Shown here: one piece after another, positions 1-13,459 of the stretch
Layout: every line of letters begins with the position of its first letter
Position numbering within the stretch: position 1 is the stretch's first letter
From: Octopus bimaculoides
Taxonomy: Eukaryota
Direction: 5' to 3'
NCBI RefSeq assembly: GCF_001194135.2
Contig: NC_069004.1
Location: forward strand, 2,889,613-2,931,063
DNA length: 41,451 nt
Notes under the pieces: model-generated
Database searches by the model: none
Seen by the model: only the letters and a program-made list of their open reading frames with translations
Told to the model about the DNA's origin: nothing
Translations under genes and position numbers: made by a program

Positions 1-869
1 GCAGTAGCTAATAAACCTTTCTATTAGAGGCACAAGGCATGGTTTTTGAGGGAAGGAGCAAGTCGGTTAGGGAAAACGAACACACGTGTGTTGCCTCTGC
101 AAAATGTCAGAAGTAATGGAGATTAAATACGCTTTACACCGCTTAAACTGCCAAAGGAGTAAGTGTAAACAGCTGAATACTTGTCAGTGATTGGTTGAAA
201 TTATCGAAATAAGACAATTTTTTACATGAAATAAATCCGAATACAAAAATTTTTTTCTGTTCTATAACACAAAATAGATAAGTATACGAAGTTTGAAAGT
301 CTTTCGGTACCAAAAACACTACATAAAACATAAATGAAAACTGGTGCCCCCGTTTTGAACAAGATCCATGATATCAGCTAATAAACGCTTCCCTTAGGTT
401 TGGTTATCGATCGCCACTATTTTGGATGACTATCCTCTCGTGGAGACATCGAGGCAACCTCGTATTTGTTTATGACTGCTTTAGACTCCAAAATATTTTA
501 CTAACACCAGTATAATAGTATAATTATAGAATGCTGTGTGTGAATTTTACCTGAGAATGTACCTTAAGAATGTAAAAATATAAAACAAAGCTATGTAGGC
601 CAATGGGCCGACTTACAACCAAATCAACTTATGACCAGTCAGTCGGAACCAATTGTGGCCGGAAGTCCACGATGACCTGTATTGTATTTCAGTTTAATCT
701 CCGTTCAGATTGACACTTTTATTATTTTTTTTTCTTTTATCTGTTTCAGGCTGTGACCATGCTGGGGCATTATTACCTTGAAGAAATTTTAGTCAAATGA
801 ATTGGCCTCACTATTTATATTTATTTTCAGTTTTCAAGTTTTTTTTCTTAAAAGAAACAGCTGAAGTTG

Positions 870-1005
870 ACTTCTGTGTGTGTGTGCATTCATGTGTACA
901 ATGCGTGCGTGTGTGTGCATGTGTGTACAATGCGCGCATGTGCGTGTGTGTATAATGCACACATTCGTGTGCGTGCATGTGTGCAATGCACACATGCGTG
1001 TGTGT
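870..1005. repeat. (TG)n/(TGCG) degenerate microsatellite
   Basis: Directly visible. Confidence 0.85.
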
Positions 1006-1569
1006 ATTGTTGTTTTAACTGGCAGCTGCAATAGCTTGTCCTCTGACAACTCCAAACAAGGCAGAACCTGTTAGTACAGAAAATACATTCTCAGAAACAT
1101 TCTTGTCAAAACAGTTTAATGCACCTCTCCCCCCCCACACACACACTCAGAGGCCTTACAACAAATAACACGAGTTTTTCCGGTTCTTAGTATACTGAAG
1201 CTACTCTCCAGGTGTTGTATTTTGGTTTTCTACCTGCTCCAATCTGTTCTTCGCCGTTCTAAGAGCTCTCAGTCGATGGTGCTCAGTGCATGCCCCGGCA
1301 GCGGTGAACACTTGGGACTGAACCTCAAACCATGTAGTTGGGAAGCAAACTTCTTACCACACAACCACACCTGTGCCTACTTCGGTGTGTCTTCAATTGT
1401 TGGGAGATTTCTTGCACCACACAAACCTTGTTTCTTTGAATTCATATTGTCTGTCTGTGTGTCCCTCCTCCTCTCCTCTCTGTCTGTGTGTCCCTCCTCC
1501 TCTCCTCTCTGTCTGTGTCTCGATCTCTCACTGTCTATGATTGCCTTTGTCTCTTTCTGTCTTTGTGGA

Positions 1570-1712
1570 GGTGCGTGGCTTAGTGGTTAGGGTGTTGGAC
1601 TCGCGATCGTTAAGGTTGTGGTTTCAATCCCTGAACCGGGTGAGCTGTTGTGTTCTTGAGCAAGACACTTCATTTCACATTGCCCCAGTCCACTCAGCTG
1701 GCAAAAATGAGT
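1570..1712 (+). mobile_element. tRNA-derived SINE (family C here); partial copy at about 24955-25060
   Basis: A-box TGGCTTAGTGG and B-box GTTTCAATCC, then gttcttgagcaagacactt core; no CCA and no complete cloverleaf. Confidence 0.75.
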
Positions 1713-1819
1713 TTAGCCTGGAGAGGGATGGGCCCTGCCAAGCTTTCTCGCCCAGGACACGCTGCATGGCTGCAGTGCCCCAACGACACCCTAAGGGGTT
1801 AAGGGACTTGTTATTGTTG

Positions 1820-2270
1820 TCAGTCTTTGTCTCTCTCTCTCTCTCTCCTTCTTTCGCTTTGTCTGTCACTGTTTTCTCTCTCTCCTTTCTTTTTCTCTTC
1901 CTTGGTCTCTTTTTCCCTGTGTCTGTCTGTCTGTCTTTGTCTCTCTGTCTATCTTTCTCTCTTTCTCTCTCTCACTTTTCTTCTCTGCCTGTCTGTGTCT
2001 CTCCCAGTCTCTGTTTATCTCTCCTGCCTGCCTGTCTCTGTCTGTCTCTCTCTCTTCCCTCCCACTTGATTTCTCTCTGTGCTTGTCTCTCTCTCCCTTT
2101 CTCCCCAATATATTTTTCTTCCTCTCTCCCTCTCTCTCACATCCCTTTCTCTCCCTCTCACTCATCCACGCTGTTAATTACACTCTCCTCTCCCCTACTC
2201 CCTACATCTCCACTATTTACTTTAACCAATCCTTCCTCCCCACTCCTCTTTTTCCCCCTTACTCTCCACT
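1820..2270. repeat. CT-rich low-complexity tract
   Basis: (CT)n/(CTGT)n mixture. Confidence 0.85.
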
Positions 2271-2544
2271 CAGCTGTCATCACAGAATTTACACATGTTG
2301 TTACATTGTTTTCTTAGCTCTAAACAAGTGTCTCTGTCTGTTCGTCTAAATATCACTGTGTACACTTGTGCACAGGGGATGCTTATGGTGCAGTGTGTGT
2401 GTGTGTGTGTGAGGTGGGGGTCGGGATTGTTCCATACTTAATTTCCTGCCATGTACAACAGATTTAATTAGGCATAAGTGACCCAGGCACATTTGTGGTG
2501 AAGGGAATGGGACAGGATTAGGGAAAGTGTGTAACAGAATTGCT

Positions 2545-2755
2545 CTGCAACCACCACCACCACAACAACAATGCCACCACTACCACAACCACCATTGCAA
2601 CAATGCCACTACTACCACCAACACAACCACAACAATGCCACCACCACCACAACTACAACAACCTCCATCACAACGCCACCACTACCACAATCACAACCAT
2701 CACCACCACCACCACCACCACAACGCCACTACAACCATCACATTACAACCACTGA
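2545..2755. repeat. (CCA)/(CAA) degenerate trinucleotide repeat
   Basis: Directly visible; source of the poly-H/T/P ORFs. Confidence 0.9.
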
Positions 2756-2853
2756 AAACTGACATCGCAAACTGCTTGGACCATAATCATCACACACTGA
2801 CAACACACTTACAGTATATATTTATTAACTTTTATCATCAAATTTCCTTAGAA

Positions 2854-3070
2854 AGCTGGCAGAATCGCTAGCACACTGGACGAAATGCTTAGCGGTATTT
2901 TACCTGTCGCTACGTTCTGAGTTCAAATTCCACTGAGGTTGACTTTGCCTTTCATCCTTTTGGGGTCGATAAATTAAGTACCAGTGAAACACTCGTAGTG
3001 GTGGTGGTGGTGGGGAGGTCGATGTAATCGATTACTTCCCTCCCCCACCCCAAATTTCAGACCTTGTGCT
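2854..3070 (+). mobile_element. tRNA-derived SINE (family A here)
   Basis: gctggcagaatc..gttctgagttcaaattcc..gaggttgactttgcctttcatccttttggggtcgataaa; many copies in this window. Confidence 0.8.
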
Positions 3071-3531
3071 TTTGTCCCCATAATTGACCTGATTTAGCTA
3101 CTAATACCTGGGGTCCCTAGTCCTAGTTTCCTCTTCTCCCTTTTGTTTGTCTTCCTTAATATTGCTGGTAAATGGGGTAAAGACCCCCTTTTGTCATGAA
3201 TGACCATCGGATTGCACCTAGAAAGTTAACCTCACGACTGGCACAAACTGATTAAATTTTGGGATCAATCCGGTACTGGACAAAGATTCTGGACTATTTT
3301 CCCTGTTTTTTTACTGAAACTTTTCACAGTGGTCGGGTTCATTTTTAGTATTCTCGTTTGTGAGAGCAGTCAAGTTTATTTCAAATAGTCTCTCATTGAG
3401 AGGACGTTGGTGTTGCCTTGGCCGAGGTTTACACTCTCTGAGTGCTCGTTACATTTTATTATTATTGTTTTTACACAATTTTCTGTTTTTTTTTTAAAGA
3501 AATTTTTGTTTTTGTGTGTTTGTCGTTGCAG

Positions 3532-3616
3532 TTACGTTGATCAGCTCCATGTTGATGTTTGTCCTGTTTATATCAGAACTCAACTATTATCTTACCAAAG
3601 AAGTACATCCAGAACT
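3532..3616 (+). CDS. ERGIC3: ERGIC3 coding exon (TM1 region), runs into N-gap 3617-3856
   Basis: ttgcag acceptor, phase 1; (V)[28 protein letters not shown]. Confidence 0.93.
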
Positions 3617-4516
3617 NNNNNNNNNNNNNNNNNNNNNNNNNNNNNNNNNNNNNNNNNNNNNNNNNNNNNNNNNNNNNNNNNNNNNNNNNNNNNNNNNNNN
3701 NNNNNNNNNNNNNNNNNNNNNNNNNNNNNNNNNNNNNNNNNNNNNNNNNNNNNNNNNNNNNNNNNNNNNNNNNNNNNNNNNNNNNNNNNNNNNNNNNNNN
3801 NNNNNNNNNNNNNNNNNNNNNNNNNNNNNNNNNNNNNNNNNNNNNNNNNNNNNNNNATCTCTACTGATGTGGAGAAACAAGGTAACCGAATCTGCCCCAC
3901 TTCTCCTGCTTCTTGACAAACCCTTGTTCCAGCAACCCTTTAATCAGGGACCTTTCAACTACACCCATCCCATTTTATGTATTTAAGAATTATTTCTCTT
4001 TTATATATTTTAACCCTTTTGTTAACCATATTTCTGTTGAGATGCTCTCTGTTTCTTTCAATTAATTTGAAATATAACAAAGAATTTAGTAAAATAACTT
4101 AGTTAACATTAAGCTAGTGTTAGGAACATAAATTGTGACTAAGGTTTAATGGAATATTTTAATTCAAAACTTACGAAAACAAGACATTTATACTACAGAG
4201 CCAGATCCAGTTTCAGCCGGTTTGGTAATGAAAGGGTTAAGAATCGTTTCTCTATTATATATTTTAACCCTTTTGTTAATATTTCTGTTGTGATGCTCTG
4301 TGTTTCTTTCAATTAATTTGTACCACATCCTTGTGTTGTTGTTTTTCTCTTGTGTTTGTTCTCCGATTTTTTGTTTTACTATTTACCACATGCTCACACG
4401 GACCCGTGGCCTTCCGACTGACTTTGGACTACCTAATTTGCAGAATTCTTTCTACCATTGGATTACATTACTTTGTTCATTCAGAATATGCCATTTCTGC
4501 ACCTTGGTTGTGAATC

Positions 4517-4555
<39 letters not shown>

Positions 4556-6603
4556 NNNNNNNNNNNNNNNNNNNNNNNNNNNNNNNNNNNNNNNNNNNNN
4601 NNNNNNNNNNNNNNNNNNNNNNNNNNNNNNNNNNNNNNNNNNNNNNNNNNNNNNNNNNNNNNNNNNNNNNNNNNNNNNNNNNNNNNNNNNNNNNNNNNNN
4701 NNNNNNNNNNNNNNNNNNNNNNNNNNNNNNNNNNNNNNNNNNNNNNNNNNNNNNNNNNNNNNNNNNNNNNNNNNNNNNNNNNNNNNNNNNNNNNNNNNNN
4801 NNNNNNNNNNNNNNNNNNNNNNNNNNNNNNNNNNNNNNNNNNNNNNNNNNNNNNNNNNNNNNNNNNNNNNNNNNNNNNNNNNNNNNNNNNNNNNNNNNNN
4901 NNNNNNNNNNNNNNNNNNNNNNNNNNNNNNNNNNNNNNNNNNNNNNNNNNNNNNNNNNNNNNNNNNNNNNNNNNNNNNNNNNNNNNNNNNNNNNNNNNNN
5001 NNNNNNNNNNNNNNNNNNNNNNNNNNNNNNNNNNNNNNNNNNNNNNNNNNNNNNNNNNNNNNNNNNNNNNNNNNNNNNNNNNNNNNNNNNNNNNNNNNNN
5101 NNNNNNNNNNNNNNNNNNNNNNNNNNNNNNNNNNNNNNNNNNNNNNNNNNNNNNNNNNNNNNNNNNNNNNNNNNNNNNNNNNNNNNNNNNNNTATATATA
5201 TATATATATATATATATATTAGCATGGTATCATATATCAGTATTGTACTATGGTAGTAGTATCGTTACTTTGGTATCATATTTTATTCTGGTATTATATA
5301 CGCTGGTGATGCATGCTGGGATATTTCAATATTGTGTTATTACTGCTGCGATATATAATATTTTTATGAAGGTATACTGTTCAGCATATGCTTCAATATT
5401 TTATGTTCTTACAATATATTTTTACCATGGTATCATGTCATCATCATCCTCATCATCGTCATTAAATGCCCGTTATCCATGCTTGCGTGGGGTTGGATGC
5501 TTTGACCAGAGCTGGTAAGCTGAGGGGCTGCACCAGACCCCAGTCTGATTTGGCATGGTTTCTACGGCTGGATGCTTTCACATGCCACTGGCACAGGTGC
5601 CAGTTGTGTGACACCAGTATCTGCTACAACTACGATTTCACTTGACTTGATGGAAAGGTGCTTTTTACATGCCACTGTAGATGTTGTAACGATGATTCTA
5701 ATGAGGAAGATGTAATTACTGCAACATGTAGTGCTTTCAGTGTTTTTTTGTTTAGTTATGTGAGATTTTTAAGAGTCAGTTTACAATCACTTGTCATTGC
5801 AGTTTGATTGTAATGGTCGACTTCTGTCCCAACACTTTTATCACTCATCTGTTGTAGGACGCCTGTCTTTTGCAGCTGTTGCTCATCTCTTGTTTATTAC
5901 AAACCACAAAAGCTTCTTCATTGCATGTGAAATTTTGACTTCTTTTCACAGCAGCAGAAACTTTTCTCTTCTATCATAAATTTACACACACACACACGTG
6001 TTTTTAAATGCATGTAGGCAAAGTGGCTGAGTTCGTTTTGAGCATTGGGTCTCACAGAGGCAGAATGGCTGAGTTCCTTTCAAGCTTTGGGCCTCATGGA
6101 GGCAAAGTGGCTGAGGGCCTCAACAAATTCTGCCTGACCCATGCCAGCATGGACAAATGGACATCAGAACAATAATGATGAGGGTAATTTAGCTATTAAA
6201 AAAAACAAAAACAAAGAACTAGCTCTCCATTGGTTACGACAATGAGTGTTCTTGTTGATCCGATTAACAGAACAGCCTGCTCATGAAATTAACATGTAAG
6301 TGGCTGAGTACTCCACAGATATGTGCACCCTTCATGTAGTTCTCAGGGAGATTCAGTATCCAGTGTATACGTTTTTTTTAAAGGTAGCATGTAAATTAAG
6401 GGAAATTTGGTTGCTATTTCTAGTATGTGTAGTGTCCACGTAGACACTTGTTCATTGTCTTGTATTTTTTAGATCACATGACCATTGATTAACTTCTCAC
6501 CTTTTTTTTTTCTCTCTAGTGATAGGAGGGAAGAAAATCAACGTAACAGAGGTAAGACAAATTTTATTTTTCCTGTCTGTCTGTCTGTTTGTTTCTCTGT
6601 ATC

Positions 6604-6640
<37 letters not shown>

Positions 6641-8208
6641 CGTCATCTTCATGATCATGCTGGCATGGGTTGGACGGTTTGACAGGAACTGGCCAGGCTT
6701 CAATTGTCTGTTGTGGCATGGTTTCTACACCCGATTCCCTTCCTAACCCCAACAATTTTACAGAGTGTACTGGGTGCTTTTTATGTGGCACTGGCATGAG
6801 TACCATTATGTGGCATCAGCACAAGTGCCTTCCATGTGGTGCTGGCACGAGTACCATTACGTGACACTGGCATGAGAGCCATTATGTGACATCAGCACGA
6901 GTGCCTTTCATTCAGCCAGTGTTAGAAACATAATTTGTGACTAAGGTTTGGTGGAAGATTTTAATTCAGAACTTACGAAAACAAGACATTTGTACTACAG
7001 AGCCAGAGGCAGTTTCAGCAGGGTTGGTATCAAAAGGGTTAAGAATCATTCCTCTATTATATATTTTAACCGTTTCCTTACCGTAATTCTGTTGAGATGC
7101 TCTGGGTTTCTTTCAATTAATTTTAAATATAACAAAGAATTTAGTAAAATAAATTAGTTATCATTAAGCTAATGCTAGGAACATAAATTGTGACTAAGGT
7201 TTGGTGGAAAATTTTAATTCAAAACTTACAAAAACAAGACATTTGTACTACAGAGCCAGTAGCGGTTTCAGCTGGGTTGGTAAAGACCACTAACAAAAAA
7301 AAAAGGCAAAAACAAAGAAGCAAAAATTAATAAATAGTCTCTTTTTTCTTTTTTTCTGAAAGAACCCTGAAAAAGCTCTGTTAGATCCAAACCGCTGTGA
7401 AAGTTGCTACGGTGCTGAAACTACATCTGACAGGTAAGTTATACTTTTCTAATTACATTCTCTCTTCTGATACCTTTCTCTCAGACACTGTCTGTGTTTA
7501 GTTGTGTTGGTGTTATTGTTGCTGGATTTCCTCGTCGCTTTGCAGAGTACGGGTCTGTATAGACACCTAAATAAATATATAGCTTCAGGGAAATTAGACA
7601 CGCAAGGGTCTTTTCTTCAGCTTGGCTTGAGGGTTGACCTAATTGTCCAACAGGATCCTCTCGAGCTCCCAGTGTTGCGTGTGTATTGTGGGAGGAAAGT
7701 AACTTAAGTCCAATCTAAACAAGTTTGTATGCTTCAGTACACACTTCATTTGCATAACAATGATATTAGAAAGACTCTCCAGCTGAATAAATTGTGTGTG
7801 TGTGTGTGTGTGTGTGTGGCTCTATGTGAATAGCTGTGCGTGTGTGGCTCTGAATATCTGTGTGTATGTGGGTGTGTGTGTATGGCTCTGTGAATAGCTG
7901 TGCTTATGGGCCTCTGTGTGTGTGTGTCTGCATGTGTGTCTGTGTGTGAGACTGTGAATAGCTGTGTGTGTGATTGTGTGTGGATCTATGCAAATAGCTG
8001 TGTGTGCGTGTGACTCTGTATGTTTTTGTCAGTGTGTGTGGGTGTATGCATGCATGTGTGAGTGGCTAAGGGTGTATGTGTGTGTGTCACTGTCTATGTC
8101 TGTGTGAGTAACTCTGTGTGTGTGTGAGAGAGAGAGAGAGAAACAGTGGCTATGTGTGTATGTGCGTGCACATGTATGTGTGTCTGTCTGTGTGTATTCA
8201 TATGTGTA

Positions 8209-8245
<37 letters not shown>

Positions 8246-11200
8246 CTGTGTATATAAGTCTGTGCGTCTCCGTGCCTGTGCCAGGCTGTGGCTGTCCTCT
8301 ATTTCCCCCATTTGATAGTACTACAGCTGGGCCTCATCGGTAATCGTTATATTGGATTTCAGAAAAGTAAATTGATTTTAATTACACGTCTATCTCTGTC
8401 TCTTTGTTTACATTTAGCTGACATGTTTCCTGTCTTGGCATGTTTCATTTATTATTCCTCCTTTGTTATCGTTCTCGTTTGGCTCAGGTCAGCCCTTCTG
8501 AAACAAGCCATTAGTCCAAGGACACTCCAGATGTGACCACCTCGTCTTTCTTTTCTGGTATATAACAGGGTATTTGTCATCTTGCAAGGCTTGTCACTGG
8601 AACCTACTCTGGTGACCGAGAGAGTGGCTAAACCATTGTCCAAGCCTTTGTCTCTCAAATCCAGTGGCCTGCAACTGTCTCACTATCATTTCATTTCTTG
8701 ATCTAGTTTATATTTTACACCAGTGTCGCCTTCCTGGCACTTGTGCCAGTGGCACGTAAAAAGACATAAAAGCACCCACTACACTCTCGGAGTGGTTGGC
8801 GTTTGGAAGGGCATCCAGCTGTAGAAACTCTGCCAGATCAGATTGGAGCCTGGTGTTGCCATCCGGTTTCACCAGTCCTCAGTCAAATCGTCCAACCCAT
8901 GCTAGCATGGAAAGCGGACGTTAAACGATGATGATGATGATAATGATATGAAGCATGCCTGCGTGGTTTACAAAGTTTGCTTCCCAACCTTGTGGTGTTG
9001 AATCAGCCCAACTGCATGACACATTGGCCAAGTGTCTTCTGTTATAGCTCTGAGCTGACTCTGAGTTTTGAGAGTGGATTTGGTGAATGGAAACTGAAAG
9101 CTTCTTCNNNNNNNNNNNNNNNNNNNNNNNNNNNNNNNNNNNNNNNNNNNNNNNNNNNNNNNNNNNNNNNNNNNNNNNNNNNNNNNNNNNNNNNNNNNNN
9201 NNNNNNNNNNNNNNNNNNNNNNNNNNNNNNNNNNNNNNNNNNNNNNNNNNNNNNNNNNNNNNNNNNNNNNNNNNNNNNNNNNNNNNNNNNNNNNNNNNNN
9301 NNNNNNNNNNNNNNNNNNNNNNNNNNNNNNNNNNNNNNNNNNNNNNNNNNNNNNNNNNNNNNNNNNNNNNNNNNNNNNNNNNNNNNNNNNNNNNNNNNNN
9401 NNTGATTTCCTCAAGCGATAAAGTCTTTCAAGTCTCTTCCTCTCTCTCTGCCTCACCAGCGGCTTACTGCTGTTTCTATCTCTTTTGGCTGATGCTGGTG
9501 TCACATAACTGGCACCCATGCCGGTGGCACATAGGGCCTCACAGAGGCAAAGCAGCTTAGCTCCTTTTGGGTGCTGGCCCCTCACAGAGGCAATGACCAA
9601 GACCTTTGGCATTATGTCATGCTTGAGAAGAAGACCCATCAAGCTGAGAAAAATCGCAGTCATGGCAGGTACCGGTGTCACGCAAATGGCACCCATGCCA
9701 GTGGCACGTAAAAGTACCCATTACACTCTCGGAGTGATTGGCATTAGGATGGGCATCCAGCTGTAGAAACCCTGCCAAATCAGACTGGAGCCCAGTGCAG
9801 CCTTCCAGGTTGCCAGCCCTGGTCAAACCATCAAAGCCATGCCAGCATGGATGACAGACATTAAATGATGACGAGGATGATGATGATGTATGGCAAAGAT
9901 GGATGGAGTGTGGGGAAATGTTTATATTATTTATGTTGATTCTTTTGTTTTTCAGGTTGCTGGAAATTTCCATTTTGCTCCTGGGAAAAGTTTTAATCAG
10001 CACCATGTACATGGTAAGTTGTCTTAGAATGTACCACATGTTGAAGTTGGTGTGGCCACAGAATAACAGTTAGTTTCTGCACTTGTTGAAGTTAATGTTA
10101 TCCCTCCACACTGAGTTTAGTTTGAACCCAAACACACAGTGGCTGATGTTATCCCACACACTAAGGCTAATGTTATCCCACACTCACTGTAGTTACTGTT
10201 AACCCATACGCTGTGGTTGGTGTTAACCCACATACTGAAAATGTGGTTATCCCACATTGGTAATATTTTGTGTACCCTTATACCCACACACACGTCATAT
10301 TTGCAAACAGGTTGGTGGTATCCCACACATCGCAATTGAAATTGGTGTCCACAATGTCTGATATTTGTTTCTACTTCTTTGTCTATTTCAGTCCATGATT
10401 TGCAATCTCTGGGTGGACAAAAGGTAAGCGCCATTTGTTTTTACTCTCGTTTTTTTTGTATTTGATAACACTTTCTTTTTTTCCAGTTTGTTTCTATGTC
10501 CCTTTCTCCATACTGACACTCATCATCATCATCCAGAGTTTTAAATCCATAGCAACTGAGGTAAGCAGGTGCAGCCCACCCCAACCTTTGGGCTGGATGG
10601 TGCCCATTCTCCTTTGCTATCATGAGGCTTTTTTGGACCTGGATTTTCTACAGGGAGCATGCCCTTGCTTACCCCCAACCTTAGTTTCTAGACATGAGTG
10701 GTCCAGAGACACTGGGTAGACAAATATATTATTGAGGTGTTGTTTTACAGCAGGGTCCCCTTCCTGTTGCTAACCCATACCTGTCTTTCAAGTAAAGGGT
10801 CTCTTATTTGATGTGTCTTCAAAGGCATGAGATGAGCTGAGGATTTGTCAATAGGGGGATCTAACACCAATACAGCCCTCTGACTCATTGGGTCCTGTTG
10901 AGCTGTCCAACCCATACCAGCATGGAATACAGATGTTAAGTAATGATGATGATGCTGCCCTATGCTTTGTTACTTTTGTAGAAGCGAGCAAGAACTGAAA
11001 ACACAATGTCTAGCCCAAAGCTGCCTCCTTCAATATTACTCTTTCATTCTATTTTGTCTTGAATGTTACTTGGTGACCTAACTAGTTGCTGGTGAAAAAG
11101 GCATTCATTGGTGTTGGTCATAGAAACCTTGCCAAACCAGACTTTAGAATCCAATACAGCCCTCTGACTCATTGGGTCCTGTTGAGCTGTCCAACCCATA

Positions 11201-13418
11201 CCAGCATGGAATACGGATGTTAAGTAATGATGATGATGATGATGTCGAAAAGGAGGAGGAAGGGCATCCAGCTGTAGAAAATCTACTTCAAATTCCATCT
11301 GAATCGTTTTAACATGGAAAAGTGGATATTAAAATGAGTCAAATCAATTTTTGTTAAAGAAATTTGCATAGAATGAATCTGATTAGAAAAAGAAAGAAAA
11401 AACAAAATTTTATGTTTTCTGTTTTTTTTTTCAAGTTTAACATGTCGCACAAAGTGAAGACATTATCCTTTGGGAAACCTTATCCAGGAATTATGAATCC
11501 GTTGGATGGTGTACATGTAATGGCAGACAAAGGTCAGGATTTTCGGTTTCTTTTACTCCCTTTTTCTTCCTTTATTGCATTTTGATTTTCATTCTGTTTG
11601 GTGTATCCTGAATATGGGGGACAATGCATGTCAGTGTACGATTTGGCTATGTGGTTAAGAAGCTCACGTTGCAACCATGTGGCCATGTAGTTAAGAAGCT
11701 CACGTTGCAACCATGTGGCTTTGAATTCAATCCCACAGAGTAGTACCTTCAATGTCTTTTATTATAACCCAAGGCTGAGCAAAGCCTTGTGAGTGGATTT
11801 GGTAGACGGAAATTGAAAGAAGGCTGCTATGGTCATGTGATGTGTATGGATGAGGACAGCTGTGTAAAGAAGATCTCTAGCTGTGAAGAGAACCTGTGGT
11901 AGAGGTAGACCTAGGAAGACATGGGATGAGGTGGTGAAGCATGATCTTCGAATGTTGGGCCTCACAGAGGCAATGACTAGTGACCAAGTCATTTAGCGAT
12001 ATGCTATGCTTGAGAAGAGTGGTCAAGCCAAGTGAAACCATAGTCATGGCTGACGCCAGTGTCACGTAACTGGCACCTTGTATATTCTTTTCTGTCTTAA
12101 GCAGCTTGGTTGGTTTTCATGGCCTATTCTTGTATTTTAAAATCTTTTTACCTTGTTTTGTAATTGTCATTTTTAAAAGAAAAAAAAAAGGGGGTTAACT
12201 CTTGAAGAACATTGTTATGGATTGTCATCATCCTCCTTGTCTTAACATTTGCTTTTTCCTATGGCTGGATGCTCTTTCTGTTGCCAAACCTCACCTGTTT
12301 CCAAGCTTTCACAGAATATTGATTTCAAACTTTGACAGAAGGCCAACAATTTCAAGGAAGCAGTAAATCAATTGCACTAACCCCAGTACGCAACTGGTAC
12401 TTATTTTATTGACCCCGAAAGTATGAAATGCAAAGCTGACCTCGGTGACATTTGAACTCAGAATGTAAAGACAGACAAAATGTTTGCCAAGCACTTTGCC
12501 TGACCTTCCAACAATTCTGTCAGTTTGCCACCTTGAACTTCCACAGAATATTCATTTCTTTATTACCCACAGAGGGGACAAACAGGGATAGACAAAGGGA
12601 TTAAGTCAATTTCATCAACCCCGGTGCATAACTGGTACTTATTTTAATCGACCCCGAAATGATGAAAGGCAAAAATCGACCTCAGCGGAATTTGAATTCG
12701 GAATGTAACGGCAGATGAAATACCGCTAAGCATTTCGCTCAGCATGCTAATAATTCTGCCAGCTCCCTTTCACAGAATATTGGAAATGAAAGACATTACT
12801 GTATGATGGTGACATTCATTTCGAAATAGCTTGTGATGTCACAACAAAGAGACACCAACACTCATCACATGAACCAATCATTTTCATTGGTTTAACATCT
12901 GTTCTTCCATGCTTGCATGGGTTAGCTGGAATTTTGTGGAGGCAGATTTTGTGTTGCCAACCCTCACCCATTTCCTTACGACTGCATGTGTCCAATGAAG
13001 ATTGGAAATGTGTAACAATATTTGTATAATGGCAACAGATGTTAATGGTGATGATGATGATGAAAAGAAAGTAAGATCTAAGAAACGATAAATTTTTGGT
13101 AAACTTTATTATAAAATATCAATCCTTCTTGTCTGATCATACACAGTTTGTCAACATCACCACCACCATCATCATCATTATTATTACTCCATAGGAAGCA
13201 AAGAGGGAAATGGTGGAAGAGTCATTGAAATAAATTTAAAGTATCTGGTTGATGCTGCTCTAATTCTAGCATCGTATACCCGTACCAATTGCCATAAATG
13301 TGCCAAATGTTCCTCCTCCTTGAATCATTGTTTTGCCCACATTCTGAACCAGTTCTCGGCCTCGTAAACCAAATCTGAAATTGAAATGAAAATGTTTATA
13401 AATATTTTTGATGGCCCG

Positions 13419-13459
<41 letters not shown>

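Noticed and set aside
722-810. Strong-looking acceptor ttttatctgtttcag at about 749
   Set aside because: It is the reverse-oriented tail of the family-B SINE; the same sequence type occurs at about 31625.
1570-1640. tRNA-like sequences with A/B boxes (also about 39330-39390)
   Set aside because: No complete cloverleaf, and the 1570 copy runs directly into a repeat core. These are best read as SINE heads, not tRNA genes.
1-3531. Search for ERGIC3 exon 1 (FDAYPKT motif)
   Set aside because: Not found; presumably upstream of the window. LDDYP at about 422 does not extend into a match.
5681-5740. ag|A TGT TGT AAC (RCCN...EEDV), resembling the ERGIC3 CCNTCEDV exon
   Set aside because: It lies upstream of the exon it should follow (7363-7433) and the similarity ends after CCN. 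The real exon is probably in gap 9108-9402.
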